A DNA stretch of 62,030 bases, filler included, from Kipferlia bialata (GCA_003568945.1; 6 parts of 6 records of this genome joined end to end with filler, not necessarily neighbours in it), one strand, 5' to 3'. Positions 13,135 to 27,400 are shown, counted from the whole stretch's first letter. The notes: generated from the letters alone by a model not told the origin. Numbers and translations: made by a program.

Positions 13135-14129
13135 GTGTACATACACTCACATACACATACATGAACCTGACCCCAGCTATGAGTGTCCGGAGGACGAGGC
13201 TGGCCTCTTGCTTCAGGGCACAGCTGCAGGATGGAGGTACGGTTCTATCTCTACCACTACCATATACACTGTCAGTACAGCGTTATACAACAGTGAGGCT
13301 ATCTCTCTATCTGTATCGACAAGACTCTGTGTACAGTGGTGATTTGTGGTTGTGTCTGCTGCCATTGGCGTTACAGACATATACAGTGTACAGTCTTCGA
13401 GTACCACTGAGTATGTTATTCTCTCTATATTGGATACCCGCTCAGTCTCTACCTCTCTCAGCGTATGAGCATACATACACTATTATTGCGTTCCCATGTA
13501 TTCTCTCACTATCAGACGATGAGGGTGCAGGGAGTATCCAGTTCAATATGATGTCTATATAGCCTATATATGTATATTTGTGTATACAACCTCTCACAAC
13601 CAGACACTGAGGGTGATGAGGGTGCAGGGTCCCTCCACGACTTCGGTACTGACTACCCCGGTGTGGATGATGCAGAGCCTGAGGTATGTGGGGTATATAC
13701 ATATGTGTATACATATACATACTGACTAGATGAGTATATAGTGTATATATGCTTTCAGAGTGGTGTATGGTGGTGCCCAGAGATACTGAGGTATATATAT
13801 ACAAATGCACTTCCTGACAGTATGAGGATGTATACACAGAGGGAGGTGTCGATATTAGTATGTGTGGGTAGGTATTAATGGTGTTTACGTAGTGTGGTAC
13901 GCAGGTGTTTATCTGTATATGCGTTAGCTGTGTCTCTGTCATTACACTATATAGTAGATGTTGTATCATAGGCATATTATGTAGTCTGACCGTAGTGTAG
14001 CACTGATCTCCTGGTGGGAGAGACATATACATTGTATTCATATATACATCGGCAAATACATTGTATTGTCTGACTCAAGGGTGAGAGTGACAATGGATGG
14101 CAATGCATATCTTTACACATATGGAATAG

Positions 14130-14167
<38 letters not shown>

Positions 14168-17100
14168 GTCTGACCCCAGTTTGACCTTCCTGACAGGGAT
14201 GCCAGTGACATTGAGGGAGAGAGAGAGGGAGAGAGAGATGAGAGTGACAGTGACAGCTCTGAGTCCTCTTCTAGTGGTGAATCTGGCTTCGACTATGATC
14301 AGGTATTGTATGCACTCCTGCACGGTGTATATATACTATATGAACATATACAATATGGACTATGCTCAGATGTACAATCCTGCATGGCATATATATGGTA
14401 GTGTGTGAGTGTGTTGGTGCTACAGTACATGAGTCCTCTGGTAGTGGCGGTCTAGCACATTGTACTGACTCGACACATACATACTCCTCCTATTATACAT
14501 TATGTGCTCAATGACCACTATATGTGTCACCTCACTGTATCTAACGTTAGGAATACGAAGGCTACACAGCACCTCTTTAGCTCTGTCTCCATATACTTCA
14601 CTCACCATCAGGACGGGACTGTATTGAGGGATGTGTGTGTAACATCTCGCTCCATGTATCTATGTTGTGGCACTACTGACACCCAGGAGAAGACTGTGGT
14701 GGTTGAGGACGCTGAGACTGTGATAGAGGAGGGAGAGGGAGAGAGGGCGACTGTGGTAGAGCCTGAGGTGCCAGACGACATCGTCATTGTGTCAGGGCAC
14801 CACACCAACCGCACCCACGCTGGTGTCTCTCTCGAGGACGGTGAGGGTGTCGTTGGGGATGTGGTGTATAGTGAGGACGACTCCGAGACTGAGGAGGAGT
14901 CTGAGGCTGGCACTGTGGAGCAGGTCCAGACAAAGGTATGTATACACATGTCATGTTTAGTTCCATGTTTGATGATATAGCCCAATGTGATTTCTGGGGA
15001 CAAGGGACAATGTTCTATGTGTCAGTGTATCAGGTATGTGGTATTCACCAGGTCTCCACTTTTGGACTCCATATGCTACACACCCACATATATATGACTG
15101 TCTCTCTGTTAGGACAGCCTATCCAGGACTCTATTAGGCTCTCATGTGTGGTTCCCATTAGTCTCTCACTCCTGCCTCTCGCTGTGCCCTCCCTATCTAT
15201 ACATACATATATATATACCATATAAAACCCTCTAGCAGAGTCTCTATATGGTCCCAAGTAGTTCCTGACTCCAGCCCCTCCCTGTGCCCTCCCAGCCTGT
15301 GCCTGAGACCAGCACCGTGACCCTCCTTGGTGACAGACACAGGCCTATCAAGACTCAGGTACAGCACATGGTGTGTATATAGTGTATGGATTGAGCACAG
15401 TAGTATAAGTATATATATTGGTCCCTGGGTGTGGCCAGAGGGGATCGGTTGTTCACATGTATTCAATGAATACTATTCATCATACGTTTAGTGTTACACA
15501 TTTGATATGGCAGTGCTGAATGGTCTCATATACTGTAATATACTGTGCTGTAGAGGCAGTACAGTGAGGTTGGTGTCTGACACCTTCACATGTGTATAGT
15601 GTACTGTATAGCAGTGGACAGCAGTGTATTGTATAGCAAGTAGCGTCAATACACATATTTGTACTTGTATCCTAGCAGTTGGACTCCCTGACACTCTAGA
15701 TACCTCTCTCAGCCATCTGACCTTCAGTGTGTAGACTGTGTCATTGTGTATACTGTACCATACCCTGTCTCTCCCTATTGTCTATATCCTATACTGACTG
15801 CCAGGCAGTGACTGACACCACCGAGACCGAGGGCACTGCTAGCCTCACCCAGACAGCTGTAGGCACTGCCACCAACACTACTGCCACCGCTGTACCAGTA
15901 GCCAGCACTAGGTCCCTCGCCGCCGACACCTCCATCGGCACCGCCGTCGACACCTCCGTCGAGGGTGCCGACACGGTCTCTGTCGCTGCCGTCTCTGACC
16001 CCCTCGAGCAGGGCCTTGCTGCAGACAACCTAGTTGTGGGTGCCGCTGGTGTCGGTACTGCCGCGTCCCCAGTCTCTGACACACCTGCTCCCTCTGGTCC
16101 TCAGGCAGCTACCCCGGGATTCTCCACACCCACCGTGGAGTCCACCCTCCAGGCCGAGGTGGACTCCCTGAGGGAGCAGCTGCGTGTGGCCCTAGCAGGC
16201 ACGGAGGCTGCTGTGGAGGCGGAGAGGGATGCTGGCCAGAGGCGGGTCGATGAGACTGTTCAGGCAACGGCGAAGGACCAGCTCGATCTCTTTACTGAGA
16301 GGGAGAAGCTCGTCTCAGCCAACAAGGCCCTTGCCACGGAGAGAGATATGGCCAGCGACGAGAGGGACCAGGCTGTCTCTGCCCTCACCGCCGTCCAGGC
16401 CAGCTGGGCCTCTTCCACCTCTGCGTACAGTGCTGAGAGGGGTCTGCTCGAGACCAAGGTCTCTGAGCTCCAGAGTACCATTGAGACTGCCAATGATGAG
16501 ACCCGCCAGTCCCTGGATGAGCTCACCGCCCGCCTCACTGCCACTGAGGACGCCAAGGACGAGGCCCTCGCCGGCCTCGCCGAGTCCCAGACCACCATTG
16601 TCACCCTCACCAGTGACAGGGACCAGGCCCTCGCCTCCAGTGAGGCCAGTGCCGCTGAGGTCATCGACCTCACCGCCCGCCTCACTACGGCTACTGCAGA
16701 GGTCACCGCCCTACAGGCCTCTCTGGCTACCTCCAAGACCACCCTTGAGGAGTCTGTGGCTGAGGTTGCCTCTGTCAAGGCTGCCAGTGGGTCAGAGCTG
16801 GAGATGATGGGCACTAAGGTCGCTACGATGGAGACCAACCACGCCGCTGTCAAGGGCAACCTGGAGGCCAAGGTGGCTGAGCTGAGGGATACACTAGCGG
16901 CAGCCAAGGCAGAGAGTGAGTCTGCCCTCTCCCAGTCCCAGGCTGCCCTGCTCACAGCTCAGACTGAGAGTGCTGAGACTAGTGCTGCCCTCGCCACGTC
17001 AGAGGCTGCAGTGGCTACTCTCACTGCTGAGAGAGATGAGGTCCTCTCTACCAGTGCTGCTGAGGCTGCTGAGGCTGCAGACCTCAAGTCACTCCTTGCC

Positions 17101-20100
17101 GAGTCCAGCTCTATGAGAGCAGACCTCGACACCGCCCTCACTGCCTCTCAGACTGAGCTGGTAGCTGCCAGGGAGGCACTGGAGACAGCCGAGACAGACA
17201 GAGTGGCAGCTCTCTCCGAGGCCCAGGCTAGGATAGGCACTCTCACCAGTGCTAGGGATGCGGCTCTGGCTGCCAGTGCGGCCAGTGCTGCTGACCTGGC
17301 AAGCCTCTCTACTCGTGTGGCTGAGTGCGATGGCACCATTGACACCCTCAGGCAGAGGCTCGAGGGGTCACAGGCCGAGGTCGTGTCTGGTAGTCAGGAG
17401 ACAGTATCCCTCCAGGCCCAGTTGAGCACTGTCTCTCAGGAGAGGCAGAGACTGCAGATGACAGTGGCACAGCTGGAGGCTAGGCTCCAGACTGCACTGG
17501 AGAGGGGTGATGGCGCCGAGGGACGCGTAGATGCGTTGTTGGGAGAACTTAGAGTCCTCAGCACCACTATACTCGCCTACCAGAGAGACCTAGAGGCTGC
17601 TAGGGAGACCCTGGAGAGGGCCCAGGAGGAGAGTGCCACTGCCCTCACCGAGAGCCAGGCTAGGGTAGACACCCTAACTGCCGACAGGGATGGGGCCCTG
17701 GCTGCCAGTGCTGCTGAGGTGTCCCGTCTCACAGACTCTCTCGCAGAGTCCACTGCCACCCTCACCTCTCTCAAGCAGAGACTCGAGGTTGCTGAGGCCC
17801 TGGTTACTACGAGAGAGAGTGAGAGAGAGACTGCCTTGCAGCAGACTGCCGAGGTGCAGGAGACCCTTGTGTCTAGAGAGAGGCAGCTGGCTAGTGTCAG
17901 GGAGGAGGCTGGTACTCTCCGCTCCCAGGTGGACTCCCTGTGCACTGCCAACAAGACCCTGGAGGCCACTGCCAAGGAGGAGGGAGAGAGGTTGGAGAGG
18001 GAGAGAGACACCGCAGTGCAGGAGACTGCTAGGGTGCAGCAGGCCCTTGCCTCTACACAGGGGCAGCTTGCTAGTGTCAGACAGGAGCTTGCTGCTCTCC
18101 ACTCCAAGGTCGACTCCCTGGTCACTGCCAACAAGACCCTGGAGATCAGTGCCAACGAGGAGAGAGAGAGGGTGGAGAGGGTTGAGAGGGAGAGAGATAC
18201 TGTGGCAGGGGAGAGGGCTGCCTTCGAGGCCCAGGTCTCCTCCCTCAAGACCAAGGTCTCCTCTCTCACTGCCAGCCTCAGTGATGCTGGCAACAACCTC
18301 ACCACCCTCAGGCAGAGCCTTGAGGGGTCACAGGCTGAGGCAGAGGCTGCTAGGCAGGAGAAGGCGTCCCTCCAGGCCCAAGTGGACACTGTCAACAGGG
18401 AGAGAGAGACTCTGCACGAGTCAGTGACACAGCTGGAAGAGAGGCTCCAGGCTGCAATGGAGAGGGGTGATGGAGTGGAGAGGGAGAGAGAGCGGCTGGT
18501 TGGTGACCTTGCCGCCCTCACAATCTCTCTGGATGCCTCCCAGGGTCAGCTAGTAGCTACTAGGGAGACCCTGGAGAGGGCCCAGGAGGAGAGTGCCACT
18601 GCCCTTGCCGAGACCCAGGCTAGGGTAGAGACGCTCGCTGCTGACAAGGCTGGGGCTCTGGATGCCAGTGACGCCAGGGTGTCAGAGCTCTCCGTGTCTC
18701 TGGCTGAGGCCAACACCGCTCTCAGCTCTCTCAGTGAGAGACTGAAGGCTGCTGGTGCCCAGGCCTCTCAGAGTGAGAGGGAGAGAGAGACAGCTGCCCT
18801 GGAGACTGCCGAGGTGCAGCGGACCCTGGTGTCTAGAGAGAGAGAGCTGGCTAGGGCCAGCGAGGACGTGGGTACTCTCCGCTCTGAGATCGACTCCCTG
18901 GTCACCACCAACAAGGCCCTGGAGGTCACTGTCACGGAGGAGAGGGAGAGGATGGAGAGGGAGAAGGCTGGCTTCGAGTCCGAGCTCTCCTCCGTCCAGA
19001 GTGAGGTGTCCACCCTCACCGCCTGCCTCACTACCGCTAGTGCTACGCTCCAGACCCTCCAGCAGAGGTTGGAGGAGTCCAATGCTGAGGCGGTGTCTGC
19101 CATGGATGGTATGTCCTCCCTCCAGTCCCAGGTGGTCACTGTCTCACGGGAGAGTGAGGCACTGCAGGCCACAGTCACAGAGCTTAGAGGCAGTCTCCAG
19201 ACTGCTATGGAGAGGAGAGAGGATGTAGAGAGGGAGAGAGACGAGCTGGTCGCTGAGAGAGATGCACTGGCGACACAGAGGGACGACGTGGTCCAGGAGA
19301 GAAACTCTCTCCAGGCAGCTGTAGTGGCTCTCGAGGCCCTCCCTGACACTGTCTCTGTCGGTGTGCAGAGCATCACTGCTAGTAGGGATGCTGATTGCCA
19401 GACAGCCAGTGTTGCTGTCACACCCAGACACACACAGACGGACATCTCCTCTGCTGTCTCTCAGAGTACAGAGACTGTGTATGTGGACACCCTGGCTGTG
19501 ACTGAGATGCAGACTGAGATCCCTCCTTCACTGACTGTGGAGACACAGACAGAGTGTGAGGCCGGGGGTCAGTCAGCTGCTATCATCATAGAGACCAGTG
19601 TGACAGGCACTGGTGGTGACACTGAGACCGTCACTGGGGGAGTGGGTGTTGTTGACACCGACCCACAGCAGCCAGAGAGTGACAGAGAGACTGAGAGAGA
19701 GACTGGGGCAGTGGGTGGGTCTGGACTTGACTTGGAGTGGCAGAGCATCCTGCACTCCAGCGGTGCTACCCCTGAGGGCCAGGCTGCTGCATCTGCCCGC
19801 CTCATGGCTACAGTAGCCAGCCTCCCAGGGTTCACCCTACCTACCACCCTCAACATGGCATCCCTTGCCGCAGCTGCACCCCAGACGTCAGTCCCAGGTC
19901 ACCCCATGCTCCTCCCCTCTCCCCCACCCATATCCCTTGCACCCACTCTTGGTGAGGGGATCCAGGGAGAGGTGGGTGCACCCCTAGCTCTGCTCGACCC
20001 ACTGCCAGACATCCTGCTACGTACAGAGGTAGATGCAGAGACAGACAATGTGATGGAGACTGCGGGTCAGGCAGATGGAGAGCAGAGTGTTGCAGATGAC

Positions 20101-23100
20101 AGAGAGCCCTCACTGCCAGAGGTAGAGGACTCCCGTGACTCTGGCTCAGCAGAAGAGTATGATGAGAGTGATGTTGAGGGAGAGAGTGCTGTTGATGGAG
20201 ACGCGCACTCACAGGAGGAGAGGGTGGAGGAGAGAGAGGAGGTTGAGTTGTCTGATGAGGCGGAGGGGGACACGGAGGAGACAGAGGACCTTATGGGTCC
20301 TGAGGATGGTCAGGTGATATATATACATAGCATATAGTATGTGTGATACTGTAGACCCATTATCAATGGACACATACTATTGTATTTCCATATCCAATGC
20401 CCTGTACTCCTGTACAGTCATAGTGTAGATACTAACCCCAAGCTCTCCCCCATTGAGCAGATCCATGAGGGCGAGAGAGAGGCCGCTCTCTCCGTCAACG
20501 ACCTGGGCCTTGGCTGGACTGTCCAGTATGCATACCAGCGGCACATAACAGGTACGGCTGTACTGAAGTCATGAATTCACTCTGTGTATATGGGGGTATG
20601 TCTTGCCAGTATATCTCACACCAGTGGACCCTGAGTTATACCACCACAGCGTGGAGACAGAGCCCATCGACTCAACGCAATACACCGATGCCTTGCACCA
20701 GAGTATCTACCCCACCGATCAACAGAGAAGAGTGGCCGAGGCCGGCAAGAGGCCCGCCAACCTCCCCCCCCTGTCTGTGTGGCAGAGTGAGCTGCTAGAG
20801 GGGTATGAGGACGTGGCATATGGGGATGGCAGGAGGTACGTGTATGGCTGTGTTTCAGTACACAGATAGTAGTTGCTGCTCATTAATCTCATGTATGTGT
20901 CCCACCTGTGCATGTCTCCTCTCACCCCCAGCAGCCTTGTCACCATGGGTGTCTCCACTGTCCCATACATAGGTACAGTATGGTGTATACACCATACTCT
21001 ATATATGCACTGATTATTATACATACTCTACGTGTGAAATATATATGCTTCCCCCCACCACGGGTACACCAGCTGCACATATGTCCACGCTCTCACACCA
21101 GGGAGGTACAGTAGCGATGTCCATTGCGTGAACATGGGACTCAACGGATACAAGGCAAAGCAGGATGGCCCCTTCGGTGTCTGCTGGGGCATATACTTCC
21201 GGACTGTGACTACCGTGGGTGGTATCGTCTTCAGAAACAGTGACGAGTTCGACCGCCAGTTTGAGTTTGGCCCCAAGAACGCTGAGGGCTCCTACACCGG
21301 CGCTACCTACAAAAAGGGCTTCCGCAGACGGCTGACGAAACTCGGCCCCGACGTCAAGAGGATCTTCTCCGTACGTATCCCATCCTTATCCTACTCTACG
21401 GATTGGTCTTAGGGGTATACCAGTAGATGTACACATGTATATACACACTGTATATCTCTGTATTGTGCCTGTCCCCCTTGACGTCAGGCCCCTGACGGTG
21501 CTGCCCATGTCATCGGTCCCTCTCTGGTGAGAGAGGTGCACCAAGACCTGGCAGGGTGAGTATCATACATACACGTGGTACGACATACGCATGTCTTCTC
21601 TGTCCCTCACCCTAGTGCCCTCCGCAGAGTTCGCCTCCAGCCCCCTAGAAACCTGTTTGGGTTCACCTTTGTGGTATGTATCTCTCTCTCTATCTCTCCA
21701 ACATATACATAGCATCAGTGATGGTAAAGTGGTTGTTTGCAGTACATAGTCTGATCCCAGCGGCAGCCATTCACCTACATCCTCGGGGAGAACCTAAGGG
21801 TGCTTCTCCTGCGCCCTACAGCTGCGCACCCCGTGGCAGGTAGCAGCTACTCTCTACTCAAGACTCCTGATGGATACATCTAGTTGCTGTCACCTTCTCT
21901 CTTTTGCCTTAAACCTTACTTACTCAGGGTTCTTCACTACTGACATGTGGTCTCCCCTCCGCACCGTACCCGGGTAAGTGAAAGAACTATCGTATATCAT
22001 ACATGGTATATATCATATCTAGTGACGTATTAGTGTATCACGGCTATAGTATATATTCCATACTAATTGTATGCCATATACCTATAGATTACATACGGTA
22101 AGTACTATATACTATGTAGACATCACACTCCTACCTACATGGCAATAGCATTGGAGATACAACAACACTGCGCATACTACCCCATATCACCGTTCCCATT
22201 CCCACATTGATCTGTTGGTCAACATACTCATACAATATGACAATATACCTGTTTTACCTATCAGACACCCTGGTGTGATATATGTGTAAACACACTCTTA
22301 ACTACTGATAGTATACCTCTACTTACCCCTCAGACACCCTGGTGTGAGAGATGACACCATGGACCTTCCACCTCTCCCAGAGGGAGTGAGGTACGCATAG
22401 CTGTGTATGTGCTGCATTATATAGTATGATATAGATACATATGCTGTCGTAGTAGTCTCAGTGAGACGTTACTGTTCATGTCACATATGTATGTACATCA
22501 GGTACTATGTCATTCACTCTACTCTGTGTGGCCAGCCAGCCAGTAGCCATATATACATATACATGTACATGTACACATATATGCGACTGTCTGCCTGTCT
22601 GTCTTACCGTACTCACCCCAGCGTGCTGGAGGATAGTATATATTATGCACACATATTTATATATACAACTATATGCCACTCATCTGTGTCACACTATATG
22701 GCATATCCCTCTCACCCCAGGGTGCTGGAGGACCTGGCCACGGAGGAGTTCGCAGCAGACTACAGAGGTATCTCTACTATACTATTCACACAATAGTAGT
22801 TCCTGTTTCAGCTAGAGTGAATCAATCACATATGTGTGTCTCTTTGTATCATCTCTCTCTCTTGCACTCCCTCTCACTGTAGACCTCCCCGACGTGTTCA
22901 CACACATTGCCGACGCCATGCGCCAGTGGTATGTATACATATATATATATACATATATATGTGTTCGTGTATGTATGTGTTTTAGTGTGTATATGAACAA
23001 GCAGGTTCTTTGGGGTATCTAGCTATGTTGATAATTAGAGTCATAACACTATTTATTGTCATATCCCAATACGAGTGTCCCCACACCACAGGCCGCTTAC

Positions 23101-23256
23101 AGTGTGGTACATATACATATACATTGCTACGTATAGCTACTTGTCATGTACTGTCACACATTTCTCTTCGAGCCTCATCATCTACTCTGTGCACATCCCA
23201 GGCTGCCAGGTCACTTTGATGTGGAGAGGGAGCACAGGATCATCCACGCCAAGCAG
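11852..23256 (+). CDS. Very large multi-exon protein: acidic low-complexity region, long coiled coil, unknown C-terminal domain; partial at both ends
   Basis: Phase-compatible exons at ~11852, 12244, 12771, 13178 and 13604; further exons at ~14197, 14687 and 15236; a ~4.5-kb exon (15804-20313, within the 1536-aa ORF) with heptad-rich A/E/L/S/T sequence; many small exons to 23256. Could be more than one gene. Confidence 0.7.
17340..19260 (+). repeat. Intragenic tandem duplications in the coiled coil (960-nt and 180-nt periods)
   Basis: tagggagaccctggagagggcccaggaggagagtgccactgccct at 17601 and 18561; accctcaggcagag...gaggggtcacaggc at 17344 and 18304; actgccaacaagaccctggag at 17944 and 18124. 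Confidence 0.9.
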
Positions 23257-23272
23257 GTATGTGTATGATGAC

Positions 23273-23402
23273 TAGGGCTTCAAAAACATAGAATAATGCG
23301 TATTCTATATAGAATAAGAGTTATTCTATAATAGAATAACTGATTTACATAAGGGGTGTAGTGCAAAAACTAGCAGTAAAACTCATCATAGATAGCCTAA
23401 TA
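23273..23402 (+). mobile_element. Putative DNA transposon/MITE terminus (TAGGGCTTCAAAAA with atagaata subterminal motifs)
   Basis: Abrupt AT-rich segment inside an intron. The same TAGGGCTTCAAAAA.ATAG start recurs at 58534, and both copies run to contig ends. Confidence 0.55.
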
Positions 23403-23502
23403 NNNNNNNNNNNNNNNNNNNNNNNNNNNNNNNNNNNNNNNNNNNNTTAATTAATTAANNNNNNNNNNNNNNNNNNNNNNNNNNNNNNNNNNNNNNNNNN
23501 NN
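23403..23502. other. Artificial contig spacer
   Basis: N-run with TTAATTAATTAA. Confidence 0.99.
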
Positions 23503-23556
23503 GCGACGTCGCGCGACAATGTCGGCCGACGTGCGACATGTCGCATGCCAACCCTA
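23503..23556 (-). mobile_element. Putative hAT-like transposon terminus with palindromic CGACA/TGTCG subterminal repeats
   Basis: Reverse complement reads TAGGGTTTGCATGCGACATGTCGCACGTCGGCCGACATTGTCGCGCGACGTCGC. It is CpG-rich, unlike its flank, and runs off the contig end. Confidence 0.55.
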
Positions 23557-24152
23557 TGTAGAATGGCCCGTGATAACCCATTTAGGTGATGGGTCCTCAG
23601 GATCGATACATAGAGTGTCCAAAATACGGTTCCGATCTGAGTCTCGACGGGACAAAACCATATAGCACAAGGAACCAAGATTGAAGAGACAATGAAATAC
23701 TGCTTTGCATTCAAAAGGACCCATGGAGACTATCTCTCTTTGCTCCCTTGTATCCAGTTGCATAGCAGCAATATCCCTCTCATTGATGATATTGTATAGT
23801 ACTCCTCCTACGCTGTACATCACTCCATAGCCACTACGCATGTATGCATCAGTACTCTTCTCAAGTACGCCATCCTCTAGCAATGTGTAGATACGGCATG
23901 ACTCCCAGTCAGCTTGCATAACAGTGTTGTGACCGATTGATAGACCCCCTACATCGAAGTATCCACTCACTGTAGAGTGATGTACAAAGAGTGGAATAGT
24001 GCCCGACATGCTACCGAACGGAGGTGTATATATGCGGAGAGACCAGGCGTCGGAACTATTTGGCTTCTCTCGGAGAGATCCCTACCAGTCACTCTTCCCT
24101 CTGGTGAAGAGACGAGGTCGCTAGCAAGACAGACTCTCGATCGATAGACCAT
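23554..24152 (-). pseudogene. Intronless beta-strand-rich (kelch/propeller-like) gene remnant, frameshifted and cut by the element
   Basis: Two overlapping ORFs in different frames (23967-24176 and 23554-24009); YSVGGVLY-type motif; the stop codon is supplied by the element's terminal TAG. Confidence 0.4.
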
Positions 24153-24499
24153 TTCTGACAGTGGGTTTCTTTTCAAAAGAAGCCCTATTTCTTTTGGTAG
24201 ATGCTACGGCATGTGAGAGTATCTAACGGGATTGTTGTTTACCGTGAACGAGATTGTTACAGTACTATATATTGTACAGTGTATATATGAACCCAATGAG
24301 TTTGAGAAGAATCATGATGTAACAGGCCTCGCCTCATTTGTAGTCCATTGCTCTGCCTTAGTGTCGGAGTCGCACCTTGACCCCACTATCTAGGGTGTGT
24401 CTGCCGATGGATGCACCCCTGGGACTATTCCAACTGGTATATATCGTACGCATCAGTACACATCTATTCACTGGTATCCTTCTCTTGCAGGTATTCAAC

Positions 24500-27400
24500 C
24501 AGAGATACTCCTAAGAGACCCTACCCCCTCACTTCCTGCTGCATTCTCTCGTATGTCAATAAGAGGAATGTGTTCAAATGGCCCACAGAGGAGTTGCCAA
24601 TAGGGGACTGGGGTAAGGCATCAAACGAAGAGGGTGACAAGGATATACAAATAGTATAGGCACATAGTGCATATTATACATATATATTAGTGTAAATCAA
24701 TATCACATACAGACATAGGAGTTGCCAATTGGGGACTGGGGGTGAGAGGGGTACAGATATAACATATCCTCAGAAGTACTTAGTATACATACGATCTCCT
24801 ACCTACATAGTACAACATACATACATGTATCGATACCTGTACACAATGCAATATGTAGGAGATAGAGTATGATAGATTAGAATACAGTGGCTGCTAGAGA
24901 ATACATCACCAACCTTGTCCAGCATAGACAAGCACAGACAGAGACCCACAACAAACATATGTACAACACATATACTACATACACATACTCATAGTTATGA
25001 TGATACTATATATGTATATGTATAGTTATGCTGACATCACATACCTTGTCGAGCTTGGACAGCACAGACAGAGCGGCATAACGCACACTGGGGGTGAGAG
25101 TAAAAGGATGTGAGGGGAGCACCGGTATGAGATGAGAGCACGTTAATACATCAAAAGACACAATTGGCTACCTTACTCATCCATATCTCACAGGTACAGA
25201 ATATATACTCGTATTATACATGCTCTGGCTGTACATAAGACATACTTGTATGTATCTCTCTCTCTCTCTCTCTATCGCATTGCCTATACGCATGTGAGTA
25301 TAGTATGTATGTATAGAAGTGATACCTGCTCTGGCTGTGCATGAGGCACAGGGCTAAGAGAACACACATACATCAGTATATCAGTATAGTATACACAAAG
25401 TACATATAGTTAGAGTATATATATGTCCATACACATGTAGTGTAGCATACCTGCTCTGGCTGTGCATGAGGCACAGGGCTATGGGACCCAGACCCCCTGA
25501 GGCCCTGGGGCACAGGGAGACAAGGCTAGGGTTAGAAATATAGTTATGCACTATATATATACATATATATATATAGGCTGATGGTACAATGCTACGTATA
25601 CACATACACACTCATACTTAAACACATATATGTGTGTGTGACAATACATAGCCATAGGGAGACAAGGCTGGGGTTACACACTAATGGTACAGTACACGCA
25701 AAACATAGATATACGTTAAGAACAATCACTGTATAAACTGTACTGCACACTTTCTACACGTACACTCTGAGGTCATACACATATATATACTAAACTTTCT
25801 ATATACATAATTCGAAATATTCACTCTATACACTGTACACTCCACCAATATCTGTTTCATATCTGTTTGTATTGTATACACTGATACCACTATCCACCAC
25901 GTACACTCTGAGGTCGGCGTCTGTCTGGAGGGAAGTGTCGATCCTGGGGGGTGAGGGACTTGCATCTATTTACATACACTGTATAGTATATATACACAGG
26001 GGGTGAATGGGTACTATCACACATATACACACCTGTTCAGCAGTGCCGCCAGCCTCTCTGTGTCCAAGCCTCTCTCCACACCCCTCTCCCTCTCCCTGTC
26101 TCTATCTGTGTGTCTCTCCCTTGCAGCTGCCACACCTGTTGTAAGTATACACACATACACACGCATAAATTTGAATACACTCGTCTAGTATACATATATA
26201 CGAATAGATATTGATAATTGTTACACTAACTGTATAAGTACCTGTACCCTACCAGCCGCAGTGTCCCTAAAAAGTATATATGAGTACATACATATATATA
26301 TGTGTATATATTGTTTACTATACATATACTATATGTGTACACCACATATCTATACCTGCCCCCCTCCCCTGCACTGTGTCCTTGGTATGTATATATATTA
26401 GTATACATTAACACAATATATATATATACATATATACTAGTATTAACATATACCTGCCCCCCTCCCCTGCACTGTGTCCTGTGCCCTCTTGGGTGGGGCA
26501 GAGGCAGAGGATCCTCTGCAGTTAGAAGGAGAGAGAGAGAGAGAGAGAGAGAATTGGGTGTGGCAGATCCTCTAGAGAGAGAGTTGGAGAGAGAGAGAGA
26601 GATGTCACTCTTGGGCAGAAGAAGACGAGGACCCCCCTGAGGTGAGGGCGATGAGTATACATAAGTAGATATACTAATATGTATCTATGGTACATCTTCA
26701 GAGACTGCTGAGAGCCACGGCAGTCATACTGTGATAGCCATAGGCCACGGCATCACATTCCATCTATTACCCACCTGAACCGCGTCTCAAGGTCCTGTGC
26801 AGTCACATGAGTGCACTAACTATATATATATATATATAACGACTATATACGCAATGCTCTATACATACTATACACACAGTACCCACCTGAACAGCGTCTC
26901 CACGTCCTGTGCAGTGGTGTAGTGGTCTGCACTTGCGGCATCTCTTAAGACACGCAGGGTGGACCAACACCTAGGGGGTGAGAGAGAGAGAGATCAAGAG
27001 ACAGGGAAAGAGACACACAAGTATTATACGAATGTACTTCTGTCCTATATATCAAGATGGAGGGAGGACCAACACCTAGAGGGTCAGGGGTAGTAACCAA
27101 TATGATATAATCAATGTAGCTGTAGAGTGTAGTATCCTTTGTGTACCTGTAGCTGAATGCCTGCCCCATTTAGAGAGGGTGCATATACATCAACACAGTG
27201 CACTCAAATAGTATGATACAGAGTAGGAATAGGAAGGAGGTAGTATCATATACCTATAGCTGAACGCCTGACCCACGTACAGTGCCAATGTGCCCCTGGC
27301 ACCGGTCAGAGTGCCTGTCAGTTAGGGTAGACAGAGTAATCATATAGCAGTTAGAAAACACATTAGGCCAGTGTATCCCTAACAGTATCTTCTGTCAGGG

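Noticed and set aside
16260..19445. Long antisense ORFs opposite the coiled-coil exon
   Set aside because: Shadow frames caused by codon bias of the sense ORF.
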